Shown here: one piece after another, positions 44,401-59,400 of the stretch
Position numbering within the stretch: the stretch's first letter is position 1
Layout of the letters: each line of letters opens with the position of its first letter
NCBI RefSeq assembly: GCF_037042905.1
Contig: NC_087251.1
Span: 3,102,001 to 3,166,000 of the forward strand
From: Lytechinus pictus
Lineage: Eukaryota
Reading direction: 5' to 3'
DNA: 64,000 bases
Program-made: the position numbers and the translations under genes
The notes under the pieces: model-generated
Told to the model about the DNA's origin: nothing
Databases searched by the model: none
Seen by the model: the letters and a program-made list of their open reading frames with translations, nothing else

Positions 44401-47400
44401 TCAATGAACTTTGGCCATGTTGGGGGTCTTTGTTAAATTACCATCCTAACTCTGAAGTTTATGGATCTATTTCATAAAACTTGGGATATAAGAGTAATCA
44501 AGTATCACTGAACATCCTTCCTGAGTTTCAGGTCACAAAACCAAGGTCAAAGGTCAGTTAAGGTCAATAAACGTAGGCCATGTTGGGGTAATTGTTGAAT
44601 TGCCATCATAACTTTGAAAGTTTATGGATAGAGTGAATTAAATGTGGACATGGATGTAGTTGACAAGTCTTAAGTCACCGTTCAAATGTCATCTATGGTC
44701 AATGAACGTGGTATTATGTCATTATATGAATGGTGTTTTTGTGAATGATTATTTTATAGTAGTTTTCAAAGTTAGCACTGCTGCTATATTAAATCGGGTA
44801 ATGCAGGCGAGACTGCCAGAGGCGTTCCACTTGTTTAATCATAGTTCAGTCTACAAGGAATAATTGTTGTGATTATAGACTTACTACATTTATATACTAG
44901 ATTTTTTTTTTCAACTGTAGTTCTGATTTTCAAAAGCAATCACAAATTGACATAATTAGCAAAAATAAAAAAGAAAGAAAGCACATGTGTTTGCCTTTTC
45001 AAGCTAAAGTTTTTGTTGAAAGCTCTGTCATGAATATTCATGCATACACAATCTACTCCATCTCTTGCTATGTTGATATCTTCATTTAAAGTACTCATGC
45101 TTGGGTATTCTTACCACTCTTATGTCAATATTTCAACACAGAGTATGAACTGTAAAGGCCTAAAGAAGGTAAAGAATCCATGGCCCTTCCATGAGTATAT
45201 TGTAATCTTTACTGCAAATATTAAAATAGTCCCATGGGTAGCAACAATGTCTCAAAAGCAGACATGTTTGAGAACAAGATGAAGATGTGATGGAATCTGT
45301 TAATAAAACCACTTTGATTGCTGTGGTTCATGTGAATGTTATGTATTTTGATCATCATACAATCTCCTTTTGATTTGTTTATAATTATGTACATGATATT
45401 GATAGATGTTTCTAGAATAAATGGATGTACAATCATTTCAATCAATTAAATGCCCAAAGGAAATATCAAGCAATTTTCTGTCTTCTAATACAAAGGTGTT
45501 AAAGGAAACCAAAACCCAAGAAGAGAAGCAATCTTAACGTGGAGAAGGTTTACGGTTTACTATGTGTAATGTGAAGAAGGGAAGGAAATACAGGCAGAAA
45601 GATTGAAATTGAAAGACGAGATAGGATGAAAAGAGGAAATTAACTCCACCATGCAAACCTACAAAGATCATCAGAAGCAATCTTTTTGGAAAGCGCTAAA
45701 TGAGAGGAACAATTAAAAAAAAAGTTTCATCAAAATCGGTTATGAAATAAGCAAGTTATGGACGTTTAAAAAGTCTTGTTGTACTTTCTATGGGGATCCT
45801 CAAATTGGCAAACATGCTTCAAAATGGCGGATTTTGTGGACAACTCTCCATTTAATTGTACACAAATTTTCAGATTTTCCCCTTTATTTTACATATTTGA
45901 CATTATTTCTTCCTGACCTTGACATATGTGATGTGAATTATATTTTCCCATGACATGTTGTGCTCAGAAGGAGGCAAGAAGCAATTTGGAAAATAATGAG
46001 GAAAATTTGAAAATTTGTGTACAAAACAAATGGAGAGTTGTCCACAAAATCAGCCATTTTGAAGCATGTTTGCCAATTTGAGGATCCCCATAGAAAGTAC
46101 AACAAGTCCTTTTAAATTTCCATAACTTGCTTATTTCATAACCGATTTTGATGAAACTTTTTTTAAATTGTTCCTCTCATTTTACTCTTTCCAATAAGAT
46201 TGCTTCTCTTCTTGGGTTTTGGTTTCCTTTAATCATGTAGATCGATGCATGATTTCATTACACTTACGTCTCTTTGACTTGAAATATAAGATTTATCCAT
46301 TGCAAAGAATGCATGTACTTTACAACTTAGAAATCATTCTAATCCTACCTTCAATTCACTTGGTTATTTGATATCCAGAAAATATTAGATCTAACATATA
46401 TATAGAGAGAGAGGGGAATGGGGGGTGGATGGGGGTTGAGGTGAACACTTTTGGATTCCATTTCTTGTATTTTTAAGGAAATAATTCTTAGGTTTTTTTA
46501 AAATATATATTATGTTTCATGAATTGATGAGTATGTGTTTTCTTTTTTGTGTGAAAATTCATTTCATCACGTGTTATGTAAAGATGTTGCTCTGAAATCA
46601 TATAGCTCATATTTGACTTTTGGATACTCACTGTATGTAATACAGAAACTGTAATATAGTCTTACTTTCAATTGGACTTTTTGATGACCTTTTGAATAGA
46701 ACCAATTCAGTCTTTGATCCTTTTGTCAATATTTTCAATACAATAGGGAAGATACAATGCTCATTCTTATGGCATATCTTTGATATTGATTTTCATGCCT
46801 TCTACAATACTAGTGTCCAATGCACAAAGGAATGAATTGCATATTCTAAGTTGTTTATGTTTGCTCCTTGTAAGAGAGTGACAGAGCAAAATTTTGTGAA
46901 AAACAAATCCATGAGGAAGGAAGATGGAAGATTAAGAAGAGATAGGAAAAATGAATGAAAATTTTAATTTGGAAAAGGTTTCTTGTAGGATAGGAAATAT
47001 TTTTGAATTTTTTAAGGCTGTTTTTTTCCACAATGGGGCGATTGCTTCATTTTTTGGACTAATTCTTTCATTTCAAAGGCTACTTTTTTATTATGCTATA
47101 AAAGCAATTCTCATTATTCTGTTGTAGAAAGTTGATTTTTAAAACTTTCTTGATTATTGTTTGTGGCAGAACTTGACCTCTTGGGGCAGCTTGAGAATAG
47201 ATGGTCAAGTAAAAGCACTTAATTTTGGGAATTTTAGGTGCAAATTGGGCTGTCATGACGGCAAAATAGCCTGTCACCCTCATGTATTTCAAATGCTTGT
47301 TTCTTGCATCTCTAATGATAGATGATGTTATGTATGTAATATGTGTTACTGTCATACTGACTATATCCTTTGTTATACAGGTTACATTTATAAATTATGT

Positions 47401-50400
47401 GAGTTTTATCTTTATGTACATGTATCTACTCTGCGAGTCGAAGCTATATACATATATACTATGCAAGTCAAACTATTTTATATACTATTCAAGTTTTGTT
47501 CATAATATGCATGTAGTACATGAGCCATATTTTTTATAGACATCTTTAAGCCATCTATTCATTGCTAACTTATTTTATTTTATCTACATTCTGATAAATA
47601 CAATGGCTTTTATTTAATCTTTTTATAACTGTGATCTAATATTTACAAATTCATACTTATAACATCAATGAGTCAATCTTTATGATAATCTTGTCTTGTT
47701 TATTGTTGTAGGAGACGTGCTGGGTGACAGGAGTAGACTATTTGCCAAGTTTGCGTAGGATTGCTTGCTGTACAGAACGTAGCATTTGTGTTTGGGATCA
47801 TAGAGCTAAAGGAAAGAACCAGGTAAGATCTAGGACTCTTCTTACAGTGCTCACTTAAAAGGTTGTATGTTCAATTGTACTTCCACATTTTATTTCATGG
47901 CAAAAGAACAAATGAAATACAAATGTGATGGATATTGAATATACCTAGGACCATTGGCCAAGAAAGCCCACATAAAACTTACTCTTATTCAAGTTTCTCC
48001 CACATTGGTTGGTTGTTATATGCTTTGTATTGAATTCTTAAATTGATTGAAATACAATGTGGTATGAACAGGAGGAGAAATAGTCTCCTAAAAATACAAT
48101 TATGTTTTTCACATTATGTTTACCCAAAGAATGCTGTTCTCTTAAAGACAGAAGTGTTGTAGTATGACATCTTGATATTTCTATCTGTCATATTTGCATT
48201 TCAGATCAGAGAACAAATAGTTTGATTTTTGATATCTAAAAATAGAAAGTGATTGTTTAGTGAGCTCCATGTAACAATGAATGGATTCAAAGAAGATTGT
48301 AATTGTGTGAGATTTGTTAGTGTAAGGAAAGGCTTAAAGGAATGTTGGATACAAATACCATGATAACAATAGTGATAGCAAATAAAAAGTTGGAAAGACT
48401 TGTTTAGCTCTCATATTGGAAGTGAAATTTGAATGACTGATGTATATATTACATTTATAAGGTAAATTACTTATTATAATGATGGTAATATTGTCTTTTT
48501 TCACTGATTTCATCACCTTTACCTTGTATTTTTTTACGCATGCATGTATATTTATATATTTTGGGGTACTATTTCAGGGACAGTTCCAGGTTTCAAAGGG
48601 GGTGCACAAAAATTTGATTTTTTTTTTTTCAAGATTTCTTTCCAAGTAAATGAGGAAAAATAATTACTTCTCCTAAAAGTCATACAAATCCAATTATTTG
48701 CATCCTTATTCAAAAAGTATCACCACAGTTGCTTTTCTTTTTTTCTTTTTAGGTTATATGTATAGTGAAGCAATTTACTCATCCTCAAAAAGCTCACTCA
48801 ATATTAGCCTTGTCGCCAAAAGTCACAAATCCACATAGTTTATGACCACAATATTAAATTATGTATCATGTTATCATCACTTTTAATCTAGACCAGTGTG
48901 GTGGAGAATTTCCTTTTCACCTGCCACTTGGGGCAAAGTAAAAGGGTTTGGTTGTTAAAGGACTTGTATTATTAATTAACTGATATACTGCATGCTATAT
49001 AGTCTGTATAGAAATGAGAAACTGACAGGTGCAACAACCTGTTTACTATCACATGTGATCATATATCACCTGCTTATATTTCACTTATAATTGAATGGGT
49101 TTAATGGATTTTAGATAATGTATGATACTTCATTTATGTAGTCAGTTACAAAGTTACATGAGAAGTGTCTTCCATTTGGGGTGCGTCGTGGTCTAGTGGT
49201 TCTGACTCTCGCCTTTGAAACAGAGGGTCGCAGGTTCGAATCCTAGCCATGGCGTTTTTTTCCTTCAGCGAGAAATTTATCCATACTGTGCTGCATTCAA
49301 CCCAGGTGAGGTGAATGGGTATCAGTAGGAAGAAATTCCTTGAATGCTCGAGCGCCCGATCAAGGTAGCCTTGCTAAAGCCGGGGTAATGATAACATTAC
49401 CATGTTAAGCAGGGCCCACCGGTAGAACTGAAGCGGCTTCCCTGGGTAAAATATGACCTTATTGTTATTTGGTAAACATCTGATGAGAAGCATCTTCGTT
49501 GTGCGTAATTGATTGCAAATCTGTGTAATATTTCCTTGTTAATTTCTTATTCTAAGTGGGATAGAAGGCTTTTCTAGCCATTGCCAATAAAATAAAGAGT
49601 AGGCCTACGTTTGATTTTTTTACATTTTTTCAAATTTTATTAGTAAATTTTTGTACATGGTTTGCCATAGACTTTAATATAGTTGTACTTAATTTGTTAT
49701 GTACATTATGGAGTCCTGATAAGACATTGTTTTGATGTCTTTATAATCATTCACTAATAATTATTCAAGTTTTATTACCATTCATCCTCAATAGTTATAC
49801 TTGTTCTTCTGTTCTATTTACAACACAGAGTATCTTTTGCATCAAGCCCACTGACAACTCTGTCCAATGTCTTGCCTGGGTTCCTCATGCCCAAAACCTT
49901 CATGAGGATAGTTTAGTGTTTGGTGATGATCAGGGTTCTATTAGTCTACTTACAATAGCTGCTAAAGATCTCAATACTAAGCATGCTAAGGTAGATAAAC
50001 GCAATCAGAATCTCATCATTGAACCAGCTACTCTCACATAGTAAGTACCTTCATACCCCACCGCATTTTAGCTCATAGATCTTAAAATCCATTTTGCATG
50101 CATGTTTGTTATTCAAAAGAATACTGAAATATGAGACATTTCTAAAGATTGTTTAGCTCTGGCTTTCGATTTGATGTCTTTATATTATGTAATATACCAA
50201 TTTTAGTCATAGAATAATTCAAATTTTCTCAAATATTTTTGACACAATTCATGCTGTTATCATTTAAGATGATTATTCTTTGTTTGATGAAAATTTGTTT
50301 AGTATTCGCTACAGAGTTATCATCGATGCCTCATCTCATATTGTATGTTTATAGTCCATGTATGTCACCCTCTAAGGAATTCTGTTTATAGGCCAGCATT

Positions 50401-53400
50401 TGTTACTTGTGGTAAGCCTGTTGAATTTATAAATTTGTTATTTCACCTCAACTAGTCTTTTCATCCTTGTAAAAATCTTCATTCCAATATCAATTCTTTG
50501 ATTTTCTCCCATAGTCCGATTGTGAAAAGAAAGTTCCATGACAACTGGGTGCTGAAGATCAAATACTTTCCTGAGTTAAGATGTTTCGCATCCTGTTCAC
50601 CAAGTAGTAATACTTCATTTGTTCTTGAGTCAGTTGATAGAATCACTGATAATCAGTAAGTTGAGGATAGCTCCTGTCTGATAATTATAATCTTTATTCA
50701 GTTTAGAATGATTTGTTATATCCATATATGTGATGATTACCATCTCTAATATTATGATCTTTATAATAATCATTCAGATAGTAAAAAAACCAACAACAAA
50801 AAACGGATGGACAACCTCAGAGAGTAAAGGTAGTTTTTTAAATCATGGAACTGAAAAACAACCTAAGAATAGATTAAAGCAATTCATCAATGTGGCTTAT
50901 GTCCATACATTATATTGGTGACCTCATCTTAATTTGATTTCAGTAACTCATCTTTTAAAGTACAGAATTATTGCCTGTATTCAATACAAATACAAGATCT
51001 TCATCTATGGAGAATAAGATTAATGTGATAAAGGATTTCTTGAAGTGATCTGTATAAGTTCAACTACATCAATATGATATTCCAGTTATGGTTGACCTCT
51101 TTTGTGCGATTTGTGCAAAATTGTATGTTTGTACCATTGAACTTAACAATCTATTAATTGATTTTGTCACTTTCCTTTGTACAATAGAAATTTCAACATG
51201 TAAAAACAAAATTAAAAACAACTGCTATTGTAACCTCCTCAGTATGCTGATAGTCAGTGATCAATATTTTGAAATGATCTCTTAACAGACCATTCAAGTC
51301 CATTAGTATCCCTAAGGGAGTCAACTCATTTGCCTTCTGTTCAAGAGCCAACATCATAGCAACTGGAGGCAATGATAAGATTGTCCGTATCTGGCATCCA
51401 CATATCTTCTCAAGACCTACGGGCAAGATGATTGGTCATCTCTTTACTATCATTGATGTAGCAGTCAATGAGAAGGACCAACATGTCATTAGTTTATCAA
51501 CAGCTAGGGTAAATATTAGTATTTTGTTCACTTTACTGCTTAATATTTATAAGTACTATTTGTTGATGTAAGGCCATTAACATTTAGCGAGTTGCTTGTC
51601 CTTATTGTATGCATCTAATATCATAATTCTCTTGAGAATCTAGGCATATAATTGATTTATATTGTATTCAGTGTTTATTTTTTAAAGTTTAAAATGCAGA
51701 AGGAAAATAAAAACTTTATCTAGCTTGAATCAACATGTCATTAATTAATATTTAAATTCAATATTCCATTAGTAGCAGAGATGTTATTGTATCTGCCATT
51801 GAAGACATGTTTGATGAGCTTACATATGTTTACTAGGAATCAAAATTTATCTGTAACATATGTCATTACATAAATTATAAATCTGTAATTTAGTTTCCAA
51901 ATAATAGCATTGATGTCTTTATATGTATCTTTGAATGCAGGTATTCAGAATATGGGATATTCACACGCTGACAAGCTTACAGGTGTTTACTGATAATGAA
52001 GACAGGCCGGGTGAAAAGAGGATTCATTGTATGGTATTTGATGAGAAACATGAGAGACTCATGACAGGTGAGCTTTTCAATTAATGGCTTATTCACTTTT
52101 ATTTAGATGAATAAAAACATGTTTAGGTGTGCTGTCTGTCTCATGTATCAGTTACATTTTAAGAGGATATAGTTAGACATTTTAATAAAGGAGCAGAGAT
52201 TTACATGTATCACATCCCACCGCTGCCACCATTTATTCAACACTTTTCAATTATGTACAAGGGCCAATCCAGGATTATATGAAATAGAGAGAATGCAGAA
52301 AGTGAGCTGAGGTATTCAGACTCTTCTGAGAGCAATAAAAGATCCTGAGCCCCCTTCAAATGGGCGCAATAATTAGAAAGAAAATAAGAAAAATCAAAAT
52401 AAGTTTTCCCACTTGTCAAAATGAAGAAGGAATAAATCACACTGTTCATTAGTAAGGTGGGGATATAATGAGTTTTGGATGGGTAGGGGGCGTGCCCCCT
52501 ATTGGTCTCCCGGATCTGTGTATGGCCGCTGCCTTCATTTATTTCAGACGAGGATTCAGGCTTGTAAGCTCACTAAACAAGGAAATTTGTATTGACGCTG
52601 TATTCTATGTGAACTTACCTAATTGAAAAGTTTAGGTCCTTTAAAAGCTACTGTACTAATTGCTATGTAAATATGTTTTATTGTCTTAACTCAGCTCCAG
52701 GCTTTGTCTTGATTTTTGGTTGTTAATTACCATGACAATGTGCATTCACGCTTTAGGCAGTACAGTAGTCTTCTAATCGCTTAACCCAAATTTGAAGATT
52801 GGGTCAGTGTATTATTTCCCTTTAGTAAAATATCATTAAGTTATCTGACAGAGAAGAAATGAAACAGAATTTTCTATGGATGGTTTGAAGCAAGCAATTG
52901 TGCTTTCTTATCAGTCAAGTCAACCAACCAACCAACCAACCTACCATGTAATTTTAGAGATTTTGTTTGAGCCTACCAATAACCTTTTTATACTTTTCCC
53001 ATTATTTTGTTTGGCCTCAGGGTCTAGTGTGTTGGATGTATGGCCTTTAACAAGAACAGTACAGGATACTATGCAGGTACCTCATACTCATGATAGACCA
53101 ATCAGTCATGTACTATGTAATGATGAACTCAATCAGGTGGTCTCTGTTTGTACGGAATCTGTTATCAAGGTAAGACCTATTTAGGAGGAGTCAGTTTGTA
53201 ATAATTAAAATTTAGGGTTTTTTGGGGGGAGGGGGGTGGGCTGTTTTAGAAAGAATATAATCATTTATCTCTTTTGTTCATTCTCTCTCTCTCCATTATA
53301 GATAATCTATCTTTGTGTTTTCATTCAGGTTAAGTGATGCATAGTAGAGCAGGCATCTATTGTATTACTAAGAATGTTTAGCAATAGTTGATAACTCCAT

Positions 53401-56400
53401 CAATTAATTTTGTAATTGAGAGAGAAATTAATCCACTTGAACTTTATACAGTAGTGTTAGCAGGATGTTTTTAGCACTTTAAGAGATTGAATAGACACAG
53501 GTATTTAGTTAGATCATGTTTGGTAATCTTATGCAGTATATTTCTCTTAATACAGTTTTCAAATCTTGATGTTGATTTTAATCTTTTAAATAAACTTCAA
53601 ATTAGCTACTGGAAAACTTTTTGAAAATGAACTTTTTTTTCAATTTCAGTTTAATGTATTTTCATATCTCATGAATTATTGCTACTCACATGTCTGATTA
53701 TCTCCCTCAATAGGTTTGGGAACTAGAATCTGGTAAAGCTGTTTATCATGTGACTGGGTCACATGGTCCAAATACAGAGGTCACTGCCCTTGCCATTGAT
53801 ACAACTGGATATAGACTGGCATCTGGTGCAATAGATGGTATATAACACTTTTTTTATTTGGGAGGTTCTAATCAACTACTCCTCTTAGTGTACTACTTTG
53901 TAAATACTAGTAATATACACGATAGCTGTTGCTTCAGCATTCTTATAATTAACTATCAGATATATTCACTGGTAATGTTGTATCTTTCTTTTTGTTTACT
54001 AAGAATTTACTTTAATTAGCACCTGTTGAACAGGCATATTTCTGAGAAAGAGACAAAAAGCTCTTTAGGTTTTGTGGTTCTTTTTATGCATGGCCATGCA
54101 TTCCATTAGATTTTAATGGTTAATGATATCTGAATAGTGAAGGATATATATTCTCGATCATTTTTATAAATATGAAAAGTATTAGGCCTCTATATACTAA
54201 ACACACATGTATTTTAGCTAAAGTGAAATAACTATATCTCTTTAGTTTTAATGAAAAACAAAGAAAATCCATTTTATTGTTTGAAGTAGACATCATAAAT
54301 GAAATTCTCTGAAAATTTGTTTTTGCCCAATTGATCATGGGCCCCGCAGCCACTGTGCAGCGCCAGATCGACGAGGATCTATCTCTTTAATTGTTGAACA
54401 CAAAACAGGGCGTTTAGATACAAAAGTAAATAATTATTAGTGCACTGAAAGCAATTTCCAGAATCCCTTTTCTATTCAAGATTATGTTTTATTGCATTCC
54501 ATACATACATGAATTTTACAGGTTCAATCAGAGTATGGGACTTTGGAAGTGGTCAAGAAATTCGTTCCTGGGTCTACTGGTCAGAGAATGAGAAAGAAGA
54601 GGATGTATCTATTGCTTCAATGCTTTACTGTGAAGTACAAAAGTTTGATGACCCAAAGCCACATCGATGCTTAGCTGTGTTGGGTTGGAATAACAAACTC
54701 AAACTTTTAGAGGTAAGTGCATTGTAGTTTTGGTGGAACATCATTAGAGGAAATTAATCTTGTGTTGAGAAACTTGTAGAGAAAATAGGGATGTAATTGA
54801 AATTTGTTTATGATTTGCATACTAGGGTAAAGTTTCATTTGAGTTAGGCCAAAAAAAAATTTTGTTTGCTGAAAAAGAAGAAAAATTAGGGTCTGTCGGT
54901 ATTCTTTTTAGAGGTATGATAAGATCTATGATTCATGTTTATAGGGAGAGTATTTAAAAACAATGTGTGAAAATTATGATCGGTCAGCACAATTTTTTCC
55001 CCCTTTTTTTTTTGGGGGGGGGAAGTCACAGCAAACGAATTTGGAAAGGGTGCTGCCTTCATGGAATATTATGTTATGCCTTTAATTGAATAGAATTGCT
55101 TTAGAATAGAGGATGCTTTATGGCCACTTCCATTGACGAGTGGATACCATGCGCGACCATGGGGTCTCGAAAATCACCCTTAACACGTATTTTCCATATT
55201 CTGAAAATGCACCCCTTAACAAGTATTGGCGTGTGAAACCCTACCCTTAACAAGTATTGGAAACAAAACGACACCCTTGGCAAGTATTCCCTGAATTGAC
55301 CCCCTAAACAAGTACAACGATATTCTTATTGTTATGTTATGTCACTGTCGTCGGTTTTACCTTTACCTGATTGTGTTTAGTACAGCCCCATCTCGCGCAA
55401 AATCGTACTCTAAACACGGTAGTGTTGACCCTTGGGGCAAAAAGTACATCTTTTATAAAACATTTTAGTCTTAATTTTTACACCCTCGCAAATTTTACCC
55501 TAAAGTATTTTAGTGTTTTTTGACATCCTTATTACGTTACGTACGTAACGTGCCCTATCTTGAAAATGACATCCTTTTTACGTGCTTTTTGGTCGCGCAT
55601 GGTATCCACTCGTCAATGTAAGTGGCCCCCCCCCCGGGCTTTATCACTGGATGACCGATACTTCTTTTATTTTTCTTCAGATCAGAGGGTCAACAGGTCT
55701 GCTTATTTTCAGTGCATATATGCATCTAAATAAATAAAGGTAGACATAGCAATTGTCCAACAGTTGATGGTATTTATCAATTGGTCACATGATCCAGCTG
55801 TGGCCTATATTCAAGAAAACATATAGTGTGCTCTTTGTAGACAAGTGTTGATATGATTTGTTATAGTATTTTTTTACTAAATGATCTATTTCTGTAGTAC
55901 ATTCATGTTATGGTAACAGCTTCATCAACAACCTTATTGTGTATGGGTGTCGATTTGTGTTGTGAATCTATTGTTCAAGGGGGGTTGATCTATTGTTTCA
56001 TTCCCGACTTGAATAGTATGACGTCATGGATGGACATCAATGTTATTGTCCCTTCCTGATTCATCTACGTGTATCCCTTTACCCTTTAGGACCCTGCTGA
56101 TCATGGTGACTTGGTCCTGTTTGCTGAGTTCTCAGGCTACACCCAGCTACCTGACAGTCTAGTCTTACCAACTAGTCCTAATCCTAGCAGTGGAAGTAGC
56201 AGTGCTAGGGGTGGTGGAAGTGTGAGTCCCTTCAACAAGTCAGCTCCACTTCCATCCATTGGTCAAAGTGTTGCACAGGTCACAAATATGGCTCGGGAGG
56301 TGAGTGTAAACTACCCAATAGCTATTCTTGTATTCAAAATTATATAAGAAGTTGTCCACAATTAACCTTTCATGCCCAGGTGAGATGATCAAAACCACTC

Positions 56401-59400
56401 TGTTTTTACTACTTATAGACAGAAAGAGTAACTGAATTCTCATATCAAATCATCAGAAAGACTCATATGGTTTTATTTTTGGTGCGAAATGAGCAAAAAG
56501 GTCCACACCTCAAAATATTTTTTTCAAATCATTGAATTTAACATGTTATTTAGCTGATTAAACTTGATTATTTAGCCGATCAAAAATTAAACTTGATACA
56601 AAGTAAACATGCTGTCCTTTATCACGTGTAGAGAAAATACATCCACAAGCAGAGCTTAACATAACCAGTTCATCCAAAATACCAATGAAACAAACTTTGG
56701 ACATAATGATAATAATGTGTATTCATTTGACAAGAACTCCTTATTTTGGGAGTAGGTGTTGATAATGCAAAATAAAGTGATGTGTTATAGCTCACCTAGC
56801 TCACCTAGCTCATTAATCATTGTTGTACGATCTCTTACTTCAGGATGACATTCTTCAGTATTATGATATGACTTGTACAGCCTTCATGAATCCAGATGTA
56901 CTCGCTACAGGATGTTCTAATGGTAACATTCTTCTATGGGATGTGTCAAGAGGTGCTGTTGATAATATGTAAGTAAAATGTAAAGGGAAAGAATTAATTG
57001 TCCTCTGAATACTTGGAGGATTTGGGTCTAAGTTCTTCTTAGGTTATTATTCTCAGTGTAATCAGAGCATTACTCAAGCCAGGTTTTCAAGTTATTAGTC
57101 ACTATATGTCTGTGCTTGTGGTGGTGGTGGTTTTTGACTCGCCTGCATAGCAGAGCGAGACTATAGGCGCCGCTTTTCCGACGGCGGCGGCAGCGTCGTC
57201 AACATTGAAATCTTAACCAAGGTTAAGTTTTTGAAATGTCGTCATAACTTAGAAAGTATATGGACCTAGTTCATGAAACTTAGACATAAGGGTAATTAAG
57301 TATAACTGGACATCCTGCCTGAGTTTCAGGTCACATGACCAAGGTCAAAGGTCATTTAGGGTCAATGAACTTCGGCCATGTTGGGGTTATTTGAGGAATT
57401 GTCATCATAACTTTGAAATTTTATGGATCTGGTTCATGAAACTTGGACATAAGAGCAATCATGTATCTCTGAATATCATGTGCGAGTTTTAGGTCACATG
57501 ACCAAGGTCAAAGGTCACTTAGGGTCAACAAACTTTGGCCATGTTGGGGTTATTTGAGGAATTGTCATCATAAATTTAAAAGTCTATGGATCTCGTTGGG
57601 AAGCAGCAGTGTATCCCTGAATATCCTGTATGCATTTCAGGAACATGGCCAAGATCAAAGGTCATTTAAAGGTCAGTGAACTCTGGCTGTGTTGGGAGTA
57701 TGTGTTGAATTGGCATCATAACAAAGGAAGTTTATGGATCTAGCTCATGAAACATCGACATAAGGATAATCAAGTATGAATGATTGTTTTGCACATGTCT
57801 TAGGTCACATGATCATGGTCAAAGGTCATTTTGGGTCAATGGGCATAATGTTTTATTATCATATTAGTGTTTTCTTCTGTAAATAATATTCATTAGCTAT
57901 TTTCAAAAGAAGCACTGCTGCTATATCGCATTGCGTAATGCAGGCGAGACTGCCAGAGGCATTCCACTTGTTTTTTACCTGATTGCTAAAATGCATGAAT
58001 GCTTGTAAGCAAGCAATCAGAGGAACAAAGTTTTTAAGGTCCTCTCCGAGGGACCTGGTAATGAGGATAAATGCCTTACCAGATGGCACTAGCACACCAA
58101 GTGGGAATTGAACCGTTTTTCCAGAATCTAAAACCCCTGCTCTCCCAACTCAGCTGTGATGCCTTCTTTATCATCAAAGGAATATTATATTGATGAATGA
58201 ATATTGACTATCAAAAATGTTTTCTTTGCTGTGAGAACTTGTGAATACATTCCTTTTACTTCACTATTAAAACTGTGTAAACTCTTTTATCCTTTATCTG
58301 TTAGATTTGAGATGCCACCACTTGCTCCTGGACCAGAAGATGAGAATAGATTGAAGAGTCCTAATCCTCACAAGGTCTATATGATGATGTTTCTTATTCA
58401 TAGAACAAGACGACCAGATCCTGCTTATATCAAGTAAGCCATACTTAGTACATAATCCTTTTCAACACTTGTTACTTGTTCAGTTTATCTTCGTTTCATT
58501 CCATAGAACAATGATATGTAAGGTAATAAAGAAGGTTCCAGTTTTGTAGATTCATTTAGTTTTTTTTTTCAAACCATCTTCAACATTTTCATTTGTCCAT
58601 GTAACCTTACATTTTTTTCTCTCTTAACCCTTTCCACGCGTACTTCGCACCAATGCACACTCGGTGCCGTGCGAACTTCGCATTTCACACTCAACAAACA
58701 ATGCATTGTTTCCCTCCCTGAAAATAATTCAGTACAGATGGGTTCATGGTCCTGTGATATATAGACTCAACAGTATCTTTAAGCAAATAGATAGTGATTT
58801 CATGAAATTAGATTGAATAAATATGAATGTTAGAACCAAACAGTATGTTCCTAATTTGGATAATGAAAAATCATTTTAAATCTTATTATTATTACATCAA
58901 CAGCACCTTCAATGATGCAGTGAGAGTACATTTGTTATTTGTAGGCAATTTTCTGTATTCATATCTGTTTGTTTTATGTGTTAGGAAACTAACAGTAAGA
59001 CAGGAAGGACCATCAACTCCTGGAACTGATTTAGAAGGGATCAAGGAAGGTGATGAAGACTCAGATGCTTCTTCATTTACTCAGAAAGAAAAGGTTAGTT
59101 TGACTATCTCTAATTGTTAAAGGTGTTTTAGTAGTTCATATTGCTTATTTGATTCTTTTTTTTATGACAGCCTATGGTGCATGTAACATTATTATTATTG
59201 ATAATTCATCATGAGTTAAAATTGTTATGGCAAAGTTATGCAACACAATTAAACAAGACAGTGTTTGCATTTGTTTGCTTTGACTTTTGTTTTCTTGTTA
59301 TTTGAAAGTGTGTATATGAAATACACAACTTATTATTGATACCAGAAAGACTTATCAATATGTGTGTTATAATTTCAGTACTAGATTCCTTCCACCAAGA

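Noticed and set aside
49178..49255. tRNA gene
   Set aside because: A and B boxes are present, but the acceptor and anticodon stems are imperfect and it continues into a SINE body
58625..58720. piggyBac-like end (TTAACCCT...)
   Set aside because: No matching opposite terminus found; too short to call
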